Shown here: positions 44,038 to 58,635 of the stretch, one piece after another
How positions within the stretch are numbered: position 1 is the stretch's first letter
How the letters are laid out: each line of letters starts with the position of its first letter
DNA from: Balanoglossus misakiensis
Lineage: Eukaryota; Animalia; Hemichordata
Direction of reading: 5' to 3'
Length of the DNA: 64,000 bases
NCBI GenBank assembly: GCA_040954595.2
Contig: CM082588.2
Location: 4,590,156-4,654,155, forward strand
The notes under the pieces: generated by a model
Database searches by the model: none
The model's input: the letters and a program-made list of their open reading frames with translations, nothing else
Told to the model about the DNA's origin: nothing
Position numbers and translations under genes: made by a program

Positions 44038-44120
44038 CATACATACATACATGTACATACATACATACATACATACATACATACATACATACATACATAC
44101 ATACATACATACATACATAC
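44038..44120. repeat. (CATA)n microsatellite, ~20 units, abutting the satellite's right end
   Basis: Seen directly: ...GCTCATG CATG CATACATACATACATGTACATAC(ATAC)n. Confidence 0.97.
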
Positions 44121-44182
44121 TAAAACAAATTCTGCATTCTGATATTCCATGCAACAAAAAGAAGACTTTTCTGAAATATAAT

Positions 44183-44192
44183 TTTATTTATT
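44183..44192 (-). terminator. Likely poly(A) signal(s) of ACAT1
   Basis: Two overlapping TTTATT (AATAAA on the minus strand) ~790 bp downstream of the ACAT1 stop codon. Confidence 0.5.
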
Positions 44193-44976
44193 GTCAAGAT
44201 TGCCTGTTACACATGATACTTCAACACATCGGTTTTTCGGTGGTTGTTTAAACAACTAATTTGAAAAACTGCAAGTGTATGCTTAAAAATTAATATTTGT
44301 TCACCAATTGACACATGAAACTTATCAAAGTAAAGTTATGAATGACAAAACCCCGGGAAATTAATATCTATTCCCCGATAAACACATCAAACTTATAAAA
44401 GTAATGTTTTGAAGGACAAAAACCCAGACTCTTAAAGCCGAGTGTTACGTGCGTTGCAAATATTACTGTGACTGGCATTATGATCAAATTTTGGCATCAA
44501 TACTGGCACAGAAATAATACTACATGGCCACACATCTCATTGCCATATCTTTACAACTTACAAAATTCATATCGTGCATTTTTCCAGACGTTTGAACATC
44601 TACATGACCGTTTTCCAAATTCCCATTCAAATCTCAATCATACGTGTACTCTTTCTGCAAGTGGTTGAAATGACATACATGACTGAAAAAGTTACACTCA
44701 AATGTTCATCTCCGGAGCTGCGTCAACACACTCCTTTCATCTTAAACAGATCCATATCTTGCTGGAAAGAAATAAGAGCTGGGAAGAATTACACCCCTGA
44801 AAGTTCCATTGGTAATAAAAGTCCCTCAAGTTGAAGATCACCCCTGCCTACAAAAAGTGAACTTCCAATAGTCTGGGGCGAAACAATAGACACATTGTGA
44901 ATGGAACGAACCACTAGTAACACATTTACATTTTATATGTGTGTTCCATCTTTTTAGTCACCAAAATTCCCCAAGC

Positions 44977-49052
<4,076 letters not shown>

Positions 49053-49306
49053 GATGACCACAAGTGACCTTGCGTGTCGATTTCAGACAGCTATATGCAA
49101 ATGAGCAAACCCGGAAATACAATGATAAGAAAGCAGACAAGGTTTGTTGTCATTGTCAATTACGTCGCAACGAACACGCGTACAAGGGTTATGACTCACA
49201 TCTAACACGTCGGAGCATATCAGGGTCTAAAACTAGAAGTTACGACACATACAGCCAAGACAGATCGTCAGCAGCACAAATCTAGCGAACACTCCGAATC
49301 GTAAAC
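49053..49306. promoter_or_regulatory. Compact bidirectional promoter between ACAT1 and the macrodomain gene
   Basis: The divergent ATGs are 254 bp apart. The gap is CpG-containing, with a nuclear-receptor half-site TGACCTTG (~49065), octamer ATGCAAAT (49095), ETS-like CCGGAAAT (49111) and AP-1 TGACTCA (~49192). Motif function is inferred. Confidence 0.65.
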
Positions 49307-50883
49307 ATGTCTGATGTACAGCCAGCATCGCCTGCAAGAGTGTCTTCGTCTGATTCCGATAACGATGAGGCGATTCCAGAAGAACCGAAAATAGATGTTG
49401 TATACCATTTAAGAGATATAAAGAAAAGCCTGGTCGACGCTTGGCAGACATCATTCAGCGAATATAAAAATGTACAGGTAATGATTTGCTAAGTCTTATA
49501 TCCAAATTATCACTGTCATTGCAAAGATAATATTTTTAATACCCACAATGTAGCATTTGCAATAAAGGAAAGAAAAGTGATCAAAATAAGAAACAATAGA
49601 AGTCATGATTCTGGGAAACAGTAATATTTCGCCTCGGCTTGATGGTCATTTGTTTTTGTTTGTTTTTTTAGATCTCTCATGGAGATATTTTCAGAGGAGC
49701 ACCTGCAGCAGATGCCATAGTGAGTATTAATTCCATTAGAAATGATATCACCATGATAAAGGGGTAACAGGTTTGTCCCTGTGTAATTTTTTCTCCTGCC
49801 CAATACAATACAATGCTGAACATCAACCTCCTACCTGCTATTAATGTTTTACAGGTTTCACCAGCGAACAGTTTTGGTTTCATGGATGGTGGTATTGATA
49901 TGGTATACTCTATGTATTTTGGATGGCAAATGTGAGTTACACTTCTCCATATATAAGGTTAAATGGTCATGGACCAACACACCCCGAAATATGCCAAATT
50001 GAAAAAAAAAATGCCAGATTGAAATATGTGATTTTTTTTTCAGGCAGGAGAGATTACAAGTCGTAATCAGGAATGAAAAAGATGGTGAGATTTTGGTGGT
50101 AAGATTGATTACACAGTATCAAAACCTTAACAATTGAAGAGTAGGATTAATATATCATTGAGATGTGGTGCGTTGGGTCCAGACAGAATTTCCTGTCATG
50201 CTATTTCCAGGTGACATGATTGGTCAATCTGCTCTTCCATCATTTGGCTGCACCCCACCTATGATTAAATATTTTGTATTCTTCCTATAGGGCGATGCCG
50301 TTATTATACCTGCGTACAGAGAAGGTACACCAGAAAGTGAACAGATGCAGCCAGCCTGCAATGAAGGGAAACCAATCAAGTATCTCGTATCAGCACCAAC
50401 GATGAGAGTACCAGAGGTGGTAGCCACTACCTCAAATGCATATCTTGCATTCAGAGCAGTTATTCTTGCAGGTATATAATCATGAAATTTACCCTGCACA
50501 ATCTACATTCACCATTTAAGACATGTGTGGGATATCTTTCAATATCTCTCTTTCATTTTAGTTCAGAAGCACAACAAGCAGAAGGATGCTGAACCAATCC
50601 GCAGTGTCCTGTGTCCAGGCTTGGCAACATCGGTCGGTAAAATGCCTTCAGCAAGATGTGCTGGCCAGGTAAGATATTTCTCATTAATTTCCCTGACATG
50701 ACTTTCAGTTCGACCCTTTCACCGAAGGATCTTGCAGTGACCAGAAAATCATCTCTTGCTTTGTTTCAGATGAAGTTAGCCTACGAGATGTATGATCTGG
50801 GTATGCACACAGAACTCCATCAGCCAGAAGATCTCAGCATTGTTTGGAATCAACATCAACTCATGTCTGGAACATCTTCATAA
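49307..50883 (+). CDS. Stand-alone macrodomain (ADP-ribose / Appr-1''-p processing family) protein, 7 exons
   Basis: Exons 49307-49477, 49672-49719, 49855-49931, 50044-50098, 50291-50471, 50562-50668, 50770-50883 splice in frame. Motifs HGDIF, DAIVSPANSFGFMDGGID, YLVSAPTMRVP, NAYLAFRA and VLCPGLATSVG...CAGQMKLAY are characteristic of macrodomains. Confidence 0.9.
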
Positions 50884-51532
50884 TATAAATAGTAATGCTA
50901 ACTTTCATGGTTTGAAAAAAAGCAAACTTTCCAGAAATTATTGTTTGATAATTTTAATATAATAATTTTTGTTTGACATGGCAAGTAATAAGAATAAAAT
51001 CTGAACATCTGTTAAAAATTATAACACTTTTCTTCAAGGCTTTTTCAATGTCTCTGCATCCATATAAAAAACTACAAACCAGGTATTGCATAGGTGATAT
51101 AGAATATATATATTATGTATATGCTAATGTTATCAAGATGACTGAAAATACATTGAATATTGTGAAAAACCTGACATGAACTGCCTTTCACGTTTTGGCT
51201 AGTGATTCTATTTGGCACAGACATTTGGTTCTGACTTCAGATTTCCACCTGCACATGCTGAAATGGGCAGCAACTTTATTTTTCAAAACTGGACTAAAAC
51301 TAATTTTCGACTAATAAAACTGCATATATACAAGCTGTGTTGAACAAACCAAGTACTGGACTGGACATTTCAACGTGAATTTATGGGAGCACAGCAAGAA
51401 ATTTGAGTTTGTACTTTGAACACTAATATTGACAGATTTGTCATAAACTGGCTGCCGGTGCTGCTAGTGGTTCTTAAAGGTTTGGAGTTGTACATGAGTT
51501 ATTTTTGTGAGTTTGTCAGGAACAGTACACTT

Positions 51533-51551
51533 CCCCCCCCCCCCCCCCCCC
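51533..51551. repeat. Poly(C) tract
   Basis: Run of ~19 C. Confidence 0.9.
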
Positions 51552-52437
51552 ACATGCAAAATCAATGCTGCCAGTGCTAGAGAACAGTTCCCTCCCCATA
51601 CAGAAGTAGAGTTGTATCAGTCCAAATAACAGCCAAACCCACTCCAAATAATGGCCAAACCCAAATTTTTTTCTGTGTCAGCACATTACTGTTAACTATC
51701 TCAACCGAGAAAACGACTGCATCTTAACCACAACACACAATTACATGAACTGTTCCACAAAGTTGAAGTATTGTCACAAATTAGTTCTTGGATTGTCTAT
51801 GAAAGAAAGGGACTGCTTAACATTTCTACAGCTGTTATAAAATACACAAATGTCTTCATTCAACCAAAGTAGGGTAAAACACTTTTCTGTATTTTTGATG
51901 TAAAAATATAAAAGGGGTCAAATTCTATACTTGAATATCAAAAATGTTATAATTATTTGATAAATAAACAATAAAATACACACTCTAGGACTTGTCTTGC
52001 AGAATACATAAAATGTTATATATGTAGTGGAGGAAAGTCTGATTGTGTACTTTTAAGTCAAGTTTTAAATATATGAATCGTTTTAGTTTTTTTACTACCC
52101 TGAGCCTCAGTTATTCTGTAATTTTAAAATATAAATATATACAGCCACTGGGAATTTCCTTTCTTGTAATTTTACAGGAAAACATCAATATGTAAGTATA
52201 ACAATCTTGGACATCAGGCTATTCACTGGTAACTGTGCAATACAAAATGGCAGTGTTTGTTTTGTTTGCAGGAAAATTGCACGCATGTCACAAATGACTG
52301 TTTGAACAGCCTTGGGATGCAACAGTAAAATCTGACCAATGCTAGGAAAAGTGCATTTCAGCCTTCTGACCATAATTTTTTTTGTACGAAATCAACTGGG
52401 AGACCTGTTTCATTATTTTGAAATAACATACATTCTG

Positions 52438-55400
52438 TCACCTTATCCCTGTGTGCTTATGGTAATCTTTGTCGCCTGGATTTTGGCCATGAATACCGAC
52501 AAACTCAAAGCACGGCTGTTTTTCTCGGTCATCCATACTCAATATCGCATACACTGGGATGCCTTTGATTGAGGCGTCATTGGCCTTGTGTACTGTCATG
52601 CCGTAGTCACACACCTTTGATGTTGATATGGTGCTGACAGCACTAGTTGGCGTGGCAACACTGTTGGATGTGGCAGTAGTGCTGTGTGAAGGCCTTGACA
52701 TTGCTGCGTTGTCTGATTGGTCCCTTTTAGCTTGATGATGTGCCGATGTGTTAGTAGTACTGTAAGTCCTAGTTGTCTCTGTCCTGCGTCTATCACTATC
52801 TGCTATTCCTACTGCGCAAGCTTTGTATACTGTTGATCTGGGTGGATGTGCTGTGCTGAGACGGGGGGAATGTTGCCTTGTAGTGGCTTCAAGTTCCTTG
52901 CGCGGGCCGTGAGTAGGCTCTGTCATGCTTGAGTTGGATTCTGTCACGCACGGCTCAGGTTCTGTTCTGCAGACTGCGTCGCGCGTTATTCCGCAAAGGG
53001 AAGCTGTCATGCTGACGATGCAACTTGGGTCAGTGGCTTTGGGTTTACCAGGTTCGGATGCTGTTATGCGGGGACTCAATGTCTGTGCATCTGACTTCTG
53101 GACTGTGGTGGTAGGTGGAAGCTCTGTCAACCCACGCCTATCATCACGAGATTGCTGTGTCTCCATTGGCTCTGCCCCATGCACAAGAGCGCCACCACTA
53201 GTTCGGGATGGAAATCCCTGGCCGTGAATACCGACGAATTCTATGTGGTGATCCTGGCCCTTGCCGTCGACTGAAACTATAGAAAAGACAGGAAGTCCTC
53301 TGATGGATCTGTCACTCGCTGAGTGAACTGTCAGAGCGCTGCTCCTGTTTAAATCGGGTCTTTTCGTTCCTGACAAATTCGAGTGCCTGCCATCCGAGAC
53401 CTGTCCTACACAACTGGTAGTCTGTCCTGCCTGGGCACAAAAGTTGTCAACGTTTGAACTTTGGCTAACCGGGCACTCACTGTCACAACTCAATCTTCCA
53501 ACACTCTCGACATCCAAGGCTCTGAAGCTTCGATCATCAATCGTCCGACAACTGGAGTTATCTGAACACTCCATGGCAAAGCAGCCCGACGCTGTGTTTT
53601 CTTTCTTAAGATTCACACTTCTCATTTTCTGTTCCTCGTGTCCTGCATGATCCCCAAATGTTACAGTATTCAACCCACTTTGAACTGTCCCTGTATTGGT
53701 AGTACTGTTTTTGTTCATTTCACTGCAAAGTACACCACCTTGGCCTAGACGTTTGCTCAGTCTGCACATCGCTGCATTCGCATCGCCTGCTTCTTCGTAC
53801 CCTGGGGTCTCAGGTTCCGATTTGATAACAACTTGATCACAGGGACTCGTCTCTTGGAAAGTGTCAAGCCGCAAACTACTCTGGTCACTTGCACAATGCT
53901 GTGCCCGCATCTTCTTCCGTTTCCCTTTCCCTTTCCTGATTCCGCCGCCCGACGCCTTCCCGCTGCACTCCTCGTCCCTCCTCATGGCTTTCAGCTTCAC
54001 GATGAGATCAGACAGCTTCCGGTGTTGGCTGCCAGCAGACTTTTGGGGGTTGGTAGCTCTTGGTCCAGTGTCACACTCGGGTCGGGTCTCTTGAAAACAG
54101 TGGGAAAGAAAATAATGTGGCCTTAGTATGTTGTGTTGGCAGTGCTTGTGGTCTTGACATATGTACAATGCACATACAACATAATTTACCAAATCATAAT
54201 AACAAAGATTATTCTTAGAGTTATGATTCTTCATATACATACAAATAGCTTCACATTGTCTGAATCCAAAAATCAGCAAATGTTATACACTTATGTTGCC
54301 ATAGTGAGTGGCCAGTTTTGTTCTCGACTCACCTTAACTTGATGAGGTGTGGGCAAGACCATGTTGTCATGATGCAGTTTCTCGTGTTCCAGAGCGGCTG
54401 TCCAGGAAGAGAACACTTCTGGGCAGTACTGACATGCACTGGAGTTGTTCCTATTCTGATCTGTTGTGCATTCCTCGCCGACTTGATTTGTTTCACTCGC
54501 ACGGTTTTGTGGCACTGGCAGCCTTTCGTCAAGCAGTGTTCTCACCGTTTTGGGTTTCTCGACCGGTGGCAGCCCCACCCTTGAATCCTGGATTCCCACG
54601 GCAGGTCCTTTCCGCTTTTCCGGATGATCAGCTCGGGCGACGACCCCAGGGACCTCGTTGTTTTCGGCCGCGACGCTGGGCTTGACTGTTGTGATGTGCA
54701 TACTGGTGGATTTCTCCTGGGCCCGCTTGTATTCTATGACAGTCTTAGGCCCGACAGATACGATGGACAGCACAGGGATTCCCTTGACAGCGTCCGAGTC
54801 CCGGGAGTGGATTGTCAGGGTATTTCCGGCCATGCCAATGCCGTTATTGTCCAGGTTAAGATTGTTAATGCAAGACACGTTCTGTGGCAGTTTTCTTTTA
54901 CTGTGGCTGGTGGGCGCCGAGCTCACGGTGTATGTTTGAGAGAATTGCATCGGTGCGCGGGCTGTGCCAATGGTTGGCAATGAACTTGTCCTAGGCATGG
55001 TCACACCGGCTTGAAAGTTTGTAGCGTTCGGGATGGAGGAAGGGGCATGACTTACGGCAGTACTGTGTGCATGGGCTGTCTCAGATGATCTGTTGCTGTT
55101 GTTGGCATTTTGTGGATTTACGTCGGTGAAGAGCGGGACGTTGGTCAGCGTTGCATACTCTGAACTTGTGGAGTTCTGACTACCTTCGCGCAAGGTATTA
55201 GAGCCTGCATTTGGGAAATGAGGCAGTACTGTTGTTGGGCAGCTTGTGGCTGTCTGCAGCTGGACGGACTGAAACATGTACGGCTGATTATTTGTGTACG
55301 GTTCGTCCGCCTCGGTCTTGATTCTCTTCACTGTCGAGGGTGCCCCATCTCGGTCGTGAATCCCCCAGATGGCTTGGCCGCTTGTCGCGGACGACAGCGT

Positions 55401-57637
55401 TGCTTGCTGCACCAGCGTCGCAGCAGTTGAGTAGCAAGTGACGTTTCCGTCCACCTGGTCAGTTCCCAGCGACCACTGGCTGCTGAGCGCGGCGTCTGCG
55501 GTCTGGTTACAGACTGGTCTTGCGGCGAGATGGCTGTTGTTTTGTGCGCTGCCGTTTCCATTCACGGGCTGCATGACGGGTGTACCGTTCACGGGGCTCG
55601 ACGTGAAAATTGCACCTTGGTTCAGATGAACGTTTGCGAAACTGACCGGCTGTGGGTGTGCTTGCTCCACGCTGTTGCCGTGGTGTTCGGTCTGCAGCCA
55701 CTGCCGAATCTGTCGCTTGTCTTCCTCCCACTGGGCAGTGACTGTGTGACCGTGAGAGCCGGCCGTGGTCTCGCCACCACTTGAGTTGGTGCTGGGGGCG
55801 TGGCTTTCTGCTGAAGTTGTGGCAGTCGGCTGACTCGACACCGCACTGCTATGTACTGCATGCTGCTGGTAGAGCGTGCCCTGCGCGATGGACAGTGGGG
55901 GCGCAGTCTGAGGGAGTGACATCACATCTGATGAATGCTCGGAGCTGCTCAGCCTCGGGGGTGCATAAGTCATGTAGTCCTGCAACTGCTTGACTTCATG
56001 TACGTTGTGCTTGCCTTGGTTCTGGCACAATTCCGCGGCGTTCTCAACGCTGAGAATCTGGTACGTCGGTGGCGGGAAGCCCCCCTGCGGGAGCGCGCCC
56101 GGAAAGTTGTTGCTCGACTGCGAGTAGTAAGGCACGACGGTGGCGCCGGAAGGAAACTGGCCGACGCTGTTCCCGAGGAAGTGGCTGACAGCCGGCAGAG
56201 GGCCGGATCTGGGGATCTCAAAGCCTGGCCTGTGGGCAAACGGTTGGACCGTGGTGCCCTGGTGGCTTGGGGTGAACGGCACGGCGTTCTGCAGGCCGCC
56301 GGGAGGCTGGTGCCATGACGACGCATCCGTGGCAACCATCCTGGAGTCTGCGTACACAGAGGTTACCGGCTGGCTCTGCACGGCTGCAGCCAGACTCTGC
56401 GTGTTGCTCTGATAAATGGTAGAATTCGTCGACTGACCTGTGTCCATCTTGACGTCACCGGCACTGCTGACTGTTGTCATCAAAGGCACACTCCAAGTAA
56501 AACTGGTGTCATTTGACGGAATACTCTGGCTGCCATTCTGACTGGGCTCCATTTTCACTGCAGAAAAAAAAACGGAGAAATAGATATTTGAGATGCAACA
56601 ATTAGGAAGGTGCTAAATTTGACCAGACTGATCTTGGGCTACAGATGAGTGTGCAAAATTCATTGGGTGGACTTATCATCATCTGTTATTTTAATTTAGT
56701 AATGTACCATCATAATACAAAAGATGATGAGTGACAATGACAAACTGAGAAATGCCAATTTAAGACAGGAAGTAAAGGGGGGAATGAATGTTTAACCCTT
56801 TCACAACCATGGTTCAGTCCAAACCATTGTTTTCTATGGTAAAGTTGGATCTCTAGAGATGGAATTGGGGTGAGAGGCTAAACATTCATTAATATGTAAC
56901 GTACGTCGCAACAGAACTGTGCATCTGTAAACACTACCACGTGTAAACGCTGCGAACTGTTCAGTGCTACTACGCAGGCGCTAGGCCAGCACTATTGATA
57001 CTGGCCAAAGTCTTGGTCAAGCTGATGGTTATCATGTGTGGCTGTATTTAATCAGTCAAAAATGATCGAAGTAGGTATTCAACACGTGGTCCAGTACACA
57101 TGGGTTAAGGATCCATCACTACCACCAAAACTTAGGACTATGTCACTGCTAACTAGATCAGTGCATCACACTCGTTTTGGGGTCAAACGAGTGATTAGCG
57201 AACAAGTGTATGAGAACAAAAACGTGTAGTACACGACTTTAAAATCGATCTGGTTCTTGCAATCTGGGCAAGGTGCTGCCTTTCCGTGGTAAGAAAAGGG
57301 AGAACATCCACGTGGAAAACACCAGCGAACGGCCAAACTTTGAAACACTTAATTGAATAGATCCCGAGGTCAATTTTCAATTGATCCACACAATGTTTTT
57401 GTGAAAGAAAATGCGTGCACAGTGCAGACAGCGGCGCGTACCGCTTCTCGCAACACAATAACAAAGGATGCCCATTTTGATCGTTTGCACTCTAACCCTT
57501 GAAACTGCCTCACAATAAAATGTACAGCTAGTGTTTTCTGGGAATAACATACACATTTAAAAATACTCACCCGTGAACTCATGATTTGGGCGAATTCTGC
57601 CCAAGTCTGCATCGACTACCCAATTTTGGACCGCCAT
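52438..57637 (-). CDS. Uncharacterised ~1300-aa low-complexity nuclear protein with one C2H2 zinc finger and a thrice-repeated motif
   Basis: Exon 1 57571-57637 (MAVQNWVVDADLGRIRPNHEFT, phase-1 GTGAGT donor) splices in frame to exon 2 54333-56557; exon 3 is ~52438-54090. C2H2 finger CQYCPEVFSSWTAALEHEKLHH, NLS-like RKGKGKRKKMR, SUMO-like VKME/IKTE/IKSE/LKKE. The exon 3 acceptor is ambiguous (see findings). Confidence 0.72.
56792..56881 (+). mobile_element. ~90-bp TTAA-CCC MITE (piggyBac-like end) in an intron
   Basis: TTAACCCTTTCAC...GTGAGAGGCTAA (degenerate right TIR). A second, inverted copy lies at ~14952-15031. Confidence 0.6.
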
Positions 57638-57640
57638 CTT
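57631..57640 (-). promoter_or_regulatory. YY1-like motif overlapping the start codon
   Basis: AAGATGGCGG on the minus strand at the predicted ATG. Confidence 0.45.
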
Positions 57641-58635
57641 GAAATTGATCCAGATTACGCCCTCTGGTGTTGTAATATTCAGGTCACGCAGACAGCAATC
57701 AGTTGCATTGTACATTTCAGTACATGTACTTGTATCACGATCGATTGACTATTTACGTAATTACTGGCCAGATTGTCGTGCCCATTGATTGTTTTATGTA
57801 CGGATGGATACCTAAAGAAAGTTTTTTTTGTTAATAATGCTACGATGTTATGGGGATATTTGCAACCAGGCGAAATCTGATCATAAAAAGATCTTTAATT
57901 TTGTGGCGATGATAGTACAATCACCGACAATCAAGTTCAGCATAAGGAAAGAGTAAAAAGTTTTAGAAAGCCGTTATGTAGGGCCTACTATAAAGGTGTC
58001 GCGGAAATGATCGGCGAGGGAGGAAGTTGGCCTCCAATTAAGTTGCAGCAATAAAATGTTTGTCGCCACTGTTTTCATCTCATATAGGCTCTGCGCTTCC
58101 TCCAGACCCGCGAGGCATGCGCGTCAGACTTGCGCGCGAGTAACACAGTAGCATGTCGACTGATTGACATAACTTTACTTTGACACAGGTTTCCTTGCAG
58201 GTAATGGGAACAATGGCAATGGTCCAGGTACACAATATGGTCACCATGGAGACGGGCAAATGGCAGAACAATTTATGAATATAAATGAGCTAATAAGTCA
58301 CTCTCTCTGGATCCGTCGAAACGAAAGCAATGGACCCACCCAAACTGAGCCAATCGGTCCATTACATCGAAACGTAATTAACTTCTAGTAATTACACGAT
58401 CATACGCTCGGATTCAAGTCAGAAAATTGGGTAATTTTACATCACCGCGATTTCGTGTCTTTAAGTATTTCTTTGTCGGCAGGTGACCAGGTTAAAGTCA
58501 GAACGTAACATACACGCAACGCTGTACCTGGAATACATTTGTCCTTATATAGATGGTTGCAATATCGATCGCCGGTTCTGTCGCTGTTTCGTACACCAGC
58601 CGAGTGAAGAAGTCGGTGACGAGGTAGATGTAGTC

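Noticed and set aside
15616-44251. Dozens of 60-120 aa ORFs (MKIIQKCQFF..., MVVFRQKPW...)
   Set aside because: Translations of the 88-bp satellite; their presence simply tracks the CATGA/CAGGA variant that removes a stop.
44318-44427. ~40-bp imperfect duplication in the ACAT1 3' UTR
   Set aside because: Short, degenerate and AT-rich; an ordinary local duplication.
56940-57500. Zinc-finger-like fragments in intron 1 of the C2H2 gene (plus strand CKRCELFSATTQALGQHY*, minus strand CCEKRYAPLSALCTHFLSQKH)
   Set aside because: Cannot be spliced in frame and exon 1 joins exon 2 directly; possibly relics but unsupported.
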